Shown here in pieces: positions 40,162-47,959 of a DNA stretch of 64,000 bases. The stretch comes from Candidatus Saccharimonadota bacterium (GTDB lineage: Bacteria; Patescibacteriota; Saccharimonadia; Saccharimonadales; Saccharimonadaceae): assembly GCA_017430725.1 (NCBI GenBank), contig JAFRMK010000007.1, positions 22,929 to 86,928 on the forward strand, given 5' to 3'. Below the pieces are notes generated by a model. The model was not told where the DNA came from, searched no databases, and worked only from the letters and a program-made list of their open reading frames with translations. Position 1 is the stretch's first letter, and each line of letters starts with the position of its first letter. Position numbers and translations under genes: made by a program.

Positions 40162-41082
40162 ATGAAGCAACATTTTCTCCAAAGCCCAGCCTGGGAGCAA
40201 TTTCAGCAGGAACAGGGTCAAACCACGGCGCGTATCACCTCAAAAAACGCCGAAACACTAACAATTTTGCGCCATACCGCCCTTGGTGACTACCTCTTTG
40301 CGCCCTATGGCCCCACACTTCAGCAAAAATCAGATTTAGAAACCGCCCTGGAAGACCTAAAAACCGCAGCCCGGGCCAAAAATGCCATTTTTGTGCGCAT
40401 CGAGCCTACCCTGCCCTTTACAGAGGCCGAGATGCGCAAGTTTTCCCTAAAGAAAACGCACGACATCGAACCGCGCCACACCTGGGTGCTTGATTTATCC
40501 CCCGATGAAGCTACACTCTTGGCCGGCATGGAATCCCGCAAAGTTCGCTATTATCGAAATTATGCCAAAAAAGGTATGACAATTCGCGCCAGCCACGACC
40601 CCGCGGACATGAAAATTCTTTTCAAGCACCTCACCGAGGTCTCCCAGAATGATAATTTTCAAACCTTTGACGAGGCATACCTTACCGCGCAGCTCAAGCA
40701 CGAATTTGCCACCCTCTACATCGTCGAATTCGAAGGCGAGCCAATCGCCTCCGCCCTCACCTACGACACCGCCGACACCTGTTATTATGCCCACACTGGC
40801 GCAGACTATGCACACCGCAAACTAAATGCCGGTATCATCCTTCTTGTACACATGATCCTCGAAGCCAAACGCCACGGCCGCAAAAAATTCGATTTTTGGG
40901 GCGTCACCACCTCAGAAGACCCCTCGCATCCGTGGTACGGTTTCACAAAATTCAAAAAATCCTTCGGCGGCGAACTCGTCACCTATGCTGGCACTTGGGA
41001 TCTCGTACTCAAGCCCTTGCACTATCGCGCCTATCAACTGCTGCGCCCCCTCAACAAACTCCGGCGCAAACTTCGCCGCTAA
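40162..41082 (+). CDS. FemAB-family transferase (FemX / lipid II aminoacyltransferase-like)
   Basis: The start is MKQHFLQSPAWEQFQQEQG. Also seen: ...RYYRNYAKKGM... and ...FDFWGV...HPWYGFTKFKKSFGG. I moved the start from the track's GTG at 40141 to the ATG at 40162. Confidence 0.78.
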   Translation: MKQHFLQSPAWEQFQQEQGQTTARITSKNAETLTILRHTALGDYLFAPYGPTLQQKSDLETALEDLKTAARAKNAIFVRIEPTLPFTEAEMRKFSLKKTHDIEPRHTWVLDLSPDEATLLAGMESRKVRYYRNYAKKGMTIRASHDPADMKILFKHLTEVSQNDNFQTFDEAYLTAQLKHEFATLYIVEFEGEPIASALTYDTADTCYYAHTGADYAHRKLNAGIILLVHMILEAKRHGRKKFDFWGVTTSEDPSHPWYGFTKFKKSFGGELVTYAGTWDLVLKPLHYRAYQLLRPLNKLRRKLRR

Positions 41083-41109
41083 AAAACACCGCCCACCGGG
41101 CGGTTTTTT
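41083..41109. terminator. Bidirectional rho-independent terminator
   Basis: The sequence is aaaaaaCACCGCCCaccGGGCGGtttttt, lying between the convergent femX-like gene and the transposase fragment. Confidence 0.6.
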
Positions 41110-41315
41110 CAAGCATCGTAATCCGATAAATCGAATAGTTCGCGCTTGCCTTCGTCCTTGATTTTTTGCGCCTTCCTTAGCAGCTTCTTTAGGCCCAATT
41201 CCGAATTCGCCGACCCGACGTGCACCGTTTTTACCACCTTGCCCTCCTCTTTCCAGCAAACCTGCACGCCAGTTGCGCCACTGCCCGTCGTAAATTTCCT
41301 AATAAACGCCATCAC
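41109..41315 (-). pseudogene. N-terminal fragment (68 aa) of an IS1634-type DDE transposase
   Basis: MMAFIRKFTTGSGATGVQVCWKEEGKVVKTVHVGSANSELGLKKLLRKAQKI matches my memory of the conserved 'MAFIR..T.SGATAVQI....G....V.H.GSAH.E.EL..LL..A' N-terminus of these transposases. The DDE catalytic part is absent and I saw no flanking inverted repeats. Confidence 0.5.
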
Positions 41316-41580
41316 CTTATACTATAACAACAATTCACAATTTCGCCACGATCCGCCCATTTTCTACCACATTTTATTAGAAAACCCTTGCATTGGCATC
41401 CCCCTCATGCTAAAATAAAAACAACCTGACCGGGACGGGGTAGGTTACGACATCAAAAACAATTAAAAAATAATTGTTTTGCGTGAAAACCATTTCGACG
41501 TGGCATTGTTGGTCATGTCGCTTAAGCTTTCACGTGAAGCGTTTTTGGCGCATAAAACACCTTAGAAAGGCCACAAAATG

Positions 41581-41589
41581 TGGTATAAT
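41581..41589 (+). promoter_or_regulatory. Extended -10 (TGgTATAAT) upstream of valS
   Basis: The box is in aaaaTGTGGTATAATtttt. A ~55-nt leader with the SD GGGAG precedes the ATG at 41645. Confidence 0.45.
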
Positions 41590-41644
41590 TTTTTATATGA
41601 CGCAACCAGCAGGGTAGCGCAAATACCGGGAGATAATCAAATAT

Positions 41645-44206
41645 ATGAAATTCAGCAAAGCCTATGAGCCAAACCAATATGAGCCTGATATTTATGCTCT
41701 ATGGGAAAAATCCGGCGCATTTCATCCAACAACCGATAAAAATGCTAAGTTCTACTCTATCGTTATGCCGCCCCCCAACGCCAACGGCAATCTACACATT
41801 GGTCATGGTCTCACGATTGCGCTCGAAGATATCCTCACCCGCTATCATCGCCTCAAAGGCGAAAATACCTGGTATATACCAGGCGCCGATCACGCTGGCT
41901 TTGAAACCTGGGTTGTCTACGAACGCTATCTTGAATCAAAAGGCAAAACTCGCTTCGATTACTCCCGCGACGAGTTGTATGACCAAGTCTGGGAGTTCGT
42001 TCACCAACAGCGCGGCAACATGGAGCTCCAGCTCCGCAGTCTTGGTGCATCCTGCGACTGGGATAGCCTAACTTTCACGCTCGACCCCAAGGTCGTAGAG
42101 CGTGTCTACGCCACATTCCAAAAAATGTGGAACGACGGCCTCATCTATCGCGGCAAAAAACTCGTTAACTACTGCACCAAGCATCAAACCGCCTTCGCCG
42201 ACATCGAAGTCACGCATAAAGAAGAGCAGGGCACACTCTGGCGCATCGCCTATCCACTAGTCGAACCGACCGCAGAACTCAAGGAACTCGTCGTCTCAAC
42301 CACTCGCCCGGAAACACTGTTCGGCGACACCGCCGTAGCCGTCAACCCGGCCGACGAACGATATAAAACCATAATTGGAAAGAATGTCAAGTTGCCACTC
42401 ACCGACCGTGAAATTCCAATTATCGCCGACGAACACGCCGACATGTCCTATGGCACAGGTGTTGTAAAAATTACACCAGCCCACGACCCCAATGATTTCG
42501 AAGTTGGCCAGCGCCACGAACTCGCACAAATCACCGTAATTGGCTTTGACGGCCGCATGACGGCCGAAGCCGGCGATGACTACGCTGGACTCACCACCGC
42601 CGAGTGCCGCAAAAAAGCTCTCGCCGACCTTGAGAAACAAGGACTCATGCGCGGCGAAGAATCCATCACTCACTCAGTCGGCCACTGCTACAAGTGCGAC
42701 ACCGTCATCGAGCCGCTCCTCAAAGAACAGTGGTTCGTTAACCTTCAACCCCTCGCCAAGCGCGCCATCAAGACCCTCGAAGCAAACGAAATCCGCTTCC
42801 ATCCTGCCAACAAGAAGAAAGTTCTCATCAATTATCTCAAGAACATTCGTGACTGGAACATCTCTCGCCAAATTCCTTGGGGCATCCCCATCCCGGCTTT
42901 CGTCAACGCCGAAGATTCCACGGATTGGATTTTCGACACCCGCGTAGACGAAACCGAGATTACCGTCAACGGCAAAAAATATCTCCGCGACAACGACACC
43001 TTCGATACCTGGTTCAGTTCTGGCCAATGGCCCTACATCACCACCGACGCGCACCCAGAATTCTACCCCAGCTCCGTTATGGAGACTGGTGCCGACCTCC
43101 TGTTCCAGTGGGTTGGCCGCATGATTATGCTCGGCCTGTATATCACCGATGACATACCGTTCAAAGATGTCTATCTGCACGGCATGGTCCTAGACGAAAA
43201 AGGCCAAAAAATGTCCAAATCAAAAGGCAACGTCATCAATCCAATTGAACTGGTCAGTGAATACGGCTCAGACGCCCTCCGGCTCGGCCTCATCGCCAGT
43301 CGCTCTGCCGGCGTCAATCAAGCCTTCAGCACGAGCAAAGTTATCGCCAGCCGCAATCTCTGCAATAAACTCTGGAACATCTCTCGCCTCATCCAGCAAC
43401 TCGTCGACGACAACCCCACCGAAGAAACCAAGCCCGAACTCAAAAACTATGGCGAAAACTGGATTTGCCATCAAATCAATCAGGCCAGCAGGGAAGTTCA
43501 AAAATTGCTTGACCGTTATCGCTTCGCCGAAGCTGGCGACCTGCTCTATGATCTTATCTGGAACAAATACGCCGACTGGTTCCTTGAGAGTCAAAAGCTC
43601 TGGAAAAACATCCCACTCCTCAAGTCCACACTTGAACAAATCCTAACCCTGCTTCACCCCTTTGCGCCATTCGTAACCGAAACCATCTGGCAAACGCTCA
43701 GCTGGACCACCGGCATGCTCATCACCGCCCGCTGGCCAAGGGCCTACAAGGTTGACAGCCAACGTGTTGCCGACTTCGAGGACCTCATCGCCATCGTCAC
43801 CAATATCCGTAGTCATTTCCAGGCACTCCCCGGCGCAAACAGCTATCCAATTCTTTTCCACGACGACGACCTCGTATCAGACAACCAGCTCCTCATCCAG
43901 CACCTCACTAAAGCGCCTTGCGTCCCACAAGTAGAGCAATCCAAAGTCGACGGCCTGCGCCTCGCCATCCCCAACCACCACAACATTTACCTCCAAATAC
44001 CCGCCGACATCCACGCCAAGTATAAGGCCAGCCTCGAAGAGCGCATCCTCAAACTTGGCCAAGAAATAACCACCCTTGAGGCTCGCCTCGCCAATCCAAA
44101 CTATCTCGAAAAGGCCCCTACCGCCCTGGTCGAAGAGTCCCGCCTCTCTCTGCACGCCAAACAAAAACTCCTCGCCGACATGAAGGCCGAGCTAGAACTC
44201 ATCTAG
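41645..44206 (+). CDS. valS: Valine--tRNA ligase
   Basis: PPPNANGNLHIGHGL is the HIGH motif and KMSKSKGN is KMSKS. There is a C-terminal coiled-coil. Length 853 aa. Confidence 0.95.
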   Translation: MKFSKAYEPNQYEPDIYALWEKSGAFHPTTDKNAKFYSIVMPPPNANGNLHIGHGLTIALEDILTRYHRLKGENTWYIPGADHAGFETWVVYERYLESKGKTRFDYSRDELYDQVWEFVHQQRGNMELQLRSLGASCDWDSLTFTLDPKVVERVYATFQKMWNDGLIYRGKKLVNYCTKHQTAFADIEVTHKEEQGTLWRIAYPLVEPTAELKELVVSTTRPETLFGDTAVAVNPADERYKTIIGKNVKLPLTDREIPIIADEHADMSYGTGVVKITPAHDPNDFEVGQRHELAQITVIGFDGRMTAEAGDDYAGLTTAECRKKALADLEKQGLMRGEESITHSVGHCYKCDTVIEPLLKEQWFVNLQPLAKRAIKTLEANEIRFHPANKKKVLINYLKNIRDWNISRQIPWGIPIPAFVNAEDSTDWIFDTRVDETEITVNGKKYLRDNDTFDTWFSSGQWPYITTDAHPEFYPSSVMETGADLLFQWVGRMIMLGLYITDDIPFKDVYLHGMVLDEKGQKMSKSKGNVINPIELVSEYGSDALRLGLIASRSAGVNQAFSTSKVIASRNLCNKLWNISRLIQQLVDDNPTEETKPELKNYGENWICHQINQASREVQKLLDRYRFAEAGDLLYDLIWNKYADWFLESQKLWKNIPLLKSTLEQILTLLHPFAPFVTETIWQTLSWTTGMLITARWPRAYKVDSQRVADFEDLIAIVTNIRSHFQALPGANSYPILFHDDDLVSDNQLLIQHLTKAPCVPQVEQSKVDGLRLAIPNHHNIYLQIPADIHAKYKASLEERILKLGQEITTLEARLANPNYLEKAPTALVEESRLSLHAKQKLLADMKAELELI

Positions 44207-44211
44207 CACTA

Positions 44212-44240
44212 TTGACAAAAAATACGATATATGCTATAAT
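44212..44240 (+). promoter_or_regulatory. Perfect sigma-70 consensus promoter: TTGACA, 17-nt spacer, TATAAT
   Basis: TTGACA is at 44212..44217, the spacer is aaaaatacgatatatgc (17 nt) and TATAAT is at 44235..44240. The SD gaaGGGGGG precedes the ATG at 44291. Confidence 0.6.
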
Positions 44241-44290
44241 TAGGTATACATTTCATCCGCCACACAGAACATAGAAGGGGGGCTCTAATT

Positions 44291-44617
44291 ATGGGTGAAA
44301 TCGTAAGCATCAATCAAAAAAGAAAAAGCCCACAGCAACGGGCTTACGAATGGGCACGCCGGGAAATGAATATGATGTTCCCGGAACCCGACTGCGCCAT
44401 TTTACTGCTCGGCGACCGCGCCGAACAATATGGCACGCACATCTCGTTCTTCGAGAGCGAGCGCCATGGCGACCCCGCCATTTACCGCATTTTCTGGTAT
44501 TCTCACAATGCCGCAAAATACGGTATCATCAGCAATCTGGCAGAGCTCAAAAAAACTCACCCCGAGCTAGTCGAGCTCTACTTTAAGAATGGCATTTACG
44601 CCAGCGAACACGGCTAA
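44291..44617 (+). CDS. Small hypothetical protein (108 aa)
   Basis: An ATG ORF with an SD, a consensus promoter upstream and a terminator downstream. No family recognised. Confidence 0.6.
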   Translation: MGEIVSINQKRKSPQQRAYEWARREMNMMFPEPDCAILLLGDRAEQYGTHISFFESERHGDPAIYRIFWYSHNAAKYGIISNLAELKKTHPELVELYFKNGIYASEHG

Positions 44618-44624
44618 AAGCCAC

Positions 44625-44648
44625 GCCCCACTCAAGTGGGGCATTTTT
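44625..44648. terminator. Bidirectional hairpin terminator between convergent genes
   Basis: The sequence is aaaagccacGCCCCACtcaaGTGGGGCattttt. Confidence 0.6.
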
Positions 44649-45023
44649 CTAGAAAGCCAATTTTTGCCGAATCTCCTCGAACTCTTCTTTGCTCAGCTCC
44701 AAAGTCCGCCCGTACTGCCAAGTTTCATCAAAGGGCGTCAGATGCACATGGGCATGCGGCACATCGGTTCCAACGACCTTCATCAGCGTCCTTCGCCCCG
44801 TCACATCTTCCATATGCTGCGCAATCTTCTTTACGCTCGCCCACAGCGCCACCCAATCCTCATCGGATAGCTCATAAATCTTATCGACTTCCACCTTCGG
44901 CACCACTAAAGCATGCCCCCGCACCTCTGGATTGATATCCAAAAACGCAAAAGTCTTCTCGTCCTCATAAATTTTGTATGCCGGAATTTCCCCCTCAATT
45001 ATCTTACTGAACACGCTCGACAT
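44649..45023 (-). CDS. HIT-family (histidine triad) nucleotide hydrolase
   Basis: The start is MSSVFSKIIEGEIPAYKIYEDEKTFAFLDI. The histidine triad is in VPHAHVHLTPF. Confidence 0.85.
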   Translation of the reverse strand: MSSVFSKIIEGEIPAYKIYEDEKTFAFLDINPEVRGHALVVPKVEVDKIYELSDEDWVALWASVKKIAQHMEDVTGRRTLMKVVGTDVPHAHVHLTPFDETWQYGRTLELSKEEFEEIRQKLAF

Positions 45024-45132
45024 TCTAAATCCTCCTGTTTTCTACCTCTATCATAACACCTTATTTCGCTTATGGTATACGACTACTTGCCATTAAAAAA
45101 CGAGCCTTTGGCTCAATCACGAGCTTTGCTCG

Positions 45133-45220
45133 TGGCGGAAGCGAGAGGATTCGAACCTCCGATACATTTCTGCATACACGATTTCGAGTCGTGCGCCTTC
45201 AACCACTCGGCCACGCTTCC
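45133..45220 (-). tRNA. tRNA-Ser (anticodon CGA), CCA encoded
   Basis: The reverse complement is GGAAGCGTGGCCGAGTGGTTGAAGGCGCACGACTCGAAATCGTGTATGCAGAAATGTATCGGAGGTTCGAATCCTCTCGCTTCCGCCA. The anticodon loop is CTCGAAA and there is a long variable arm. Confidence 0.9.
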
Positions 45221-45340
45221 ATATACTATTTTACCACAAAAACGCCCCAGGCGCGCTCTCACGGCCCCACAGGGCCTATTTTTCCGCCATAACCACGAGC
45301 ATTTTGCATTTATGCCTAGTGACACAATCCTTCAGTTAGG

Positions 45341-45527
45341 CATTTTCTTCTTGCCTTGCGCAGTTATTTACTCGAGGTATTTCGAGATTAAAAGTGTTTA
45401 GAAGGGTATTTTCTTGTTGTGAAGCGCGGTTATTGACCAAGATATTTGCAAAATAAAATCGTCTAGATATTTTGAAATCAAAAAGCCGTCTATTGGTAGT
45501 TTCTTCTCCTGAAGCGCGCCTATTGGG
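45341..45527. repeat. Three degenerate ~31-nt direct repeats in the tRNA-tRNA spacer
   Basis: 45341..45371 reads cattttcttcttgccttgcgcagttatttac. 45407..45437 reads tattttcttgttgtgaagcgcggttattgac. 45497..45527 reads tagtttcttctcctgaagcgcgcctattggg. Confidence 0.5.
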
Positions 45528-45575
45528 CGAGCGAAGGAGAAAAACTGCTGATAGGCGGTTTTTTGGTTCAAAATA

Positions 45576-45652
45576 TGGTATGCCCGATACGATTCGAACG
45601 TACGACCTTTGGCTCCGCAAGCCAACGCTCTATCCAACTGAGCTACGGGCAC
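45576..45652 (-). tRNA. tRNA-Arg (anticodon GCG as read by eye), CCA encoded
   Basis: The reverse complement is GTGCCCGTAGCTCAGTTGGATAGAGCGTTGGCTTGCGGAGCCAAAGGTCGTACGTTCGAATCGTATCGGGCATACCA. The anticodon stem is TTGGC/GCCAA and the loop is TTGCGGA. Confidence 0.85.
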
Positions 45653-45763
45653 ATATGTGGACTAAACAGCAAGAATGTCACGATTTATTCCACCGTTTAA
45701 AAATTAAACGAACCTTACGCAAAATGCGTAACGCCCCACATTATAGCACATTTCCTCAAGAGA

Positions 45764-45772
45764 TGCTATACT
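45764..45772 (+). promoter_or_regulatory. Extended -10 (TGcTATACT) 7 nt upstream of the ATG at 45780 (leaderless-type)
   Basis: The sequence is agaTGCTATACTggaaaatATG. Confidence 0.4.
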
Positions 45773-45779
45773 GGAAAAT

Positions 45780-46514
45780 ATGGGAAAGAGCAAGCAGAAA
45801 ACCGGACTCAAACCAACACTTCAAAAAGCCAAAGCGAAGTTTCTCTCCGCATACTACAACAATCCCAGCAAAGATCTCAAAATCATTGCCGTCACCGGCA
45901 CCGCTGGGCGCGACATCACGGCGCATTTTCTTCAAAACATTCTCAAGCACAAAGATGAGCGCACCGGCCTCATCATCGACCCAATTTCAACATCCGACCT
46001 ATACCGCCGCCTTTTCAAAATTTGGAAGAGCGGGGCAGACCATGTCGTCGTATCGGTCGAAGCGCACAAGCTCGCCAATCATCTCTTCTATGGCCTCCCC
46101 ATTCACCTAGCCGTCCTGACCGACAACATCGAAGACAGCCCATCATCCATCACAAATATCTCTGGCGACCCCAAAGAGGGCAAGGCTATTCTCTTCAATA
46201 CCAAACCAAATTTCAGCATCCTCAATCGCGACGACCCCGACTTCGAATTCTTCGCACAATACCCAAGCGCCACCGCCACTTTCAGTTATGGCCACGACCG
46301 CAGCGCCGACTTGCGTATCAACCGCAGCAAACTCTATAAAGTCGGCACCGAAGCCAATCTGACATACGGCACCGAAAACTTCGATGTCGCCACCTATGTC
46401 ACCAGCGAATCCGCCGTTTTCTATATGGCCTGCGCCGCGCTTTCCGCTTTCACGCTAGGTTTTAACTCTGATCAAATAATCGACGGTATCGCCGATTACG
46501 AGCCGAAGGGCTAA
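45780..46514 (+). CDS. Mur-ligase-like protein, truncated, with a degenerate P-loop
   Basis: KIIAVTGTAGRDITAHFL sits where Mur ligases carry GTNGKTT, with the Lys replaced by Arg-Asp. At 244 aa there is no room for the C-terminal domain. Confidence 0.55.
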   Translation: MGKSKQKTGLKPTLQKAKAKFLSAYYNNPSKDLKIIAVTGTAGRDITAHFLQNILKHKDERTGLIIDPISTSDLYRRLFKIWKSGADHVVVSVEAHKLANHLFYGLPIHLAVLTDNIEDSPSSITNISGDPKEGKAILFNTKPNFSILNRDDPDFEFFAQYPSATATFSYGHDRSADLRINRSKLYKVGTEANLTYGTENFDVATYVTSESAVFYMACAALSAFTLGFNSDQIIDGIADYEPKG

Positions 46515-46522
46515 ACGACTCA

Positions 46523-47374
46523 ATGATTAATCAAAAATTGCTCGTTTCGGGTGCCGATTTCTTTGCCGACGATTACGAAATTAACCCATATTACACCGCC
46601 AAACAAATCGACGTCGCCAAAGCCATGGCCGAACACGCCGCCATCGTTGACTGCTTCAAGCAAGCTGGCATCGAAATCATCCACGTAGCGGCACCAAAAA
46701 ACTGCCAGGATGGCGTCTACACCGCCAACTGGGCACTTGTCAAAGATGGCGTCGCCGTCCTCTCGCGCCTCCCCGACGCCCGTAAAGCTGAAGAATCTTA
46801 CGCCAAGACCGAACTCGAAAAACTCGGCATCAAAACCGTCACTGTCCCACAAGACTACCTGTTCTCCGGGCAGGGCGATTCGCTTCGCTGTGGCAAATAT
46901 CTTTTTGGCGGCAGCGGCTACCGCTCCGACCCGGCCGCCCAACAGTTTGCCGCCGACACCCTCGGCCTCCAATTAATCCAACTCCACGCCAAACCCCAAC
47001 TCAATCCCGACGGCACTCCCCACATTAACCCCGTCACGAACCACGCCGACAGCTTTTGGTATGACCTTGACCTCGCGCTCGCCGTCATCGACGACCACAC
47101 TATCGCCTATTGCCCAGACGCTCTCGACGCAGCCTCTAACGCCAAGATTGAAGCCATCACCGACCTCGACAAAATCCTTGTCGACCTCGACGAATGCACC
47201 AAAGGCTTCGCCTGCAATCTTGTCAGCACCGGTAAGCACGTCATCATGTCCCGACAAGCCCCCAAGCTCCAAGCCAAACTAGAAGCCCGCGGCCTCACCT
47301 GTCTCACCCCCGACGTCACTGAGCTCAAAAAGGGCGGTGGCTACATCCGCTGTGTCAGTCTCTGGCTCGACTAA
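46523..47374 (+). CDS. Amidinotransferase-fold enzyme (DDAH / arginine-deiminase-related family)
   Basis: The C-terminal motif ...KKGGGYIRCVSLWLD is the catalytic-Cys motif of the guanidino-modifying superfamily. Length 283 aa. Confidence 0.7.
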   Translation: MINQKLLVSGADFFADDYEINPYYTAKQIDVAKAMAEHAAIVDCFKQAGIEIIHVAAPKNCQDGVYTANWALVKDGVAVLSRLPDARKAEESYAKTELEKLGIKTVTVPQDYLFSGQGDSLRCGKYLFGGSGYRSDPAAQQFAADTLGLQLIQLHAKPQLNPDGTPHINPVTNHADSFWYDLDLALAVIDDHTIAYCPDALDAASNAKIEAITDLDKILVDLDECTKGFACNLVSTGKHVIMSRQAPKLQAKLEARGLTCLTPDVTELKKGGGYIRCVSLWLD

Positions 47375-47400
47375 GTTTAAACTTATCGAAGATCAACATT

Positions 47401-47409
47401 TGCTATACT
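47401..47409 (+). promoter_or_regulatory. Extended -10 (TGcTATACT) ahead of the signal-peptidase operon
   Basis: The sequence is cattTGCTATACTaaaaccaaAAGGAGtc. Confidence 0.45.
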
Positions 47410-47428
47410 AAAACCAAAAGGAGTCATT

Positions 47429-47959
47429 ATTAAAACGCTAAAAACCATCGCCGACATCATCTTCTGGGTCATCGTTTCAACCGAAATCATTCTACTCGCC
47501 CTGTTTTTTGCGCCCCGTCTCTTCAATGGCGACTGCTATGTCGTCTCCAGTGGCAGCATGGAGCCAAAATACCCCATCGGTTCACTCGTCTACATTGAAA
47601 AAGCCGCCCCCGAGACTATTCAAGTCGGCGACGTCATCTCCTTTTATCTCTCCGACAACATCGTGGCTACCCACGAAGTGTTCGCTATTAACGACACCGA
47701 GCATCAGTTCCGCACGCGCGGCATCAACAATGTCGATTCCGACGGCAACATCCTAGTCGATGCTACGCCCGTCCCCTTCAGTAGCTACATCGGTAAAGCC
47801 GTTTTCGACATCCCCCTCCTCGGCTACGTCTATAGCGCCATCAAACACCATCTCATCATTTATTTTGCTATTGCTTTTCTCATCACTTTTATGCTTAAAT
47901 TAATATCAGTAAAGGTTAAGCATAATTGTGTGGAGGAAACAACAAATGCAAAAGAATAA
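47429..47959 (+). CDS. SipW-type (S26B, archaeal/ER-like) signal peptidase I, probably with a non-ATG start
   Basis: The track ORF starts at ATG 47558, but the frame is open from 47381. Upstream of that ATG it encodes a TM anchor (IADIIFWVIVSTEIILLALFF) and the catalytic box VVSSGSMEP. The second box is IVATHEV. The SD AAGGAG at 47418..47423 is followed by in-frame ATT codons at 47426 and 47429. Confidence 0.75.
   Translation: MKTLKTIADIIFWVIVSTEIILLALFFAPRLFNGDCYVVSSGSMEPKYPIGSLVYIEKAAPETIQVGDVISFYLSDNIVATHEVFAINDTEHQFRTRGINNVDSDGNILVDATPVPFSSYIGKAVFDIPLLGYVYSAIKHHLIIYFAIAFLITFMLKLISVKVKHNCVEETTNAKE

Noticed and set aside
41316-41644. A possible T-box leader or riboswitch upstream of valS.
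   Set aside because: I found no T-box consensus (AANNNGGGUGGUACCGCG-like) or specifier-loop architecture. There are only AT-rich palindromes, a weak hairpin with a T-run at ~41519..41548, and a good extended -10 box.
45398-46110. ORFs 45398..45652 (-), 45336..45620 (-) and 45472..46110 (+) in the tRNA region.
   Set aside because: They overlap tRNA-Arg and the inter-tRNA repeats, or run out of frame into the Mur-ligase-like gene. They have no coding-like composition.
47558-47560. ATG at 47558 as the signal-peptidase start, as given in the track.
   Set aside because: It would delete the membrane anchor and split the catalytic SGSMEP box. See the finding on the non-canonical start.
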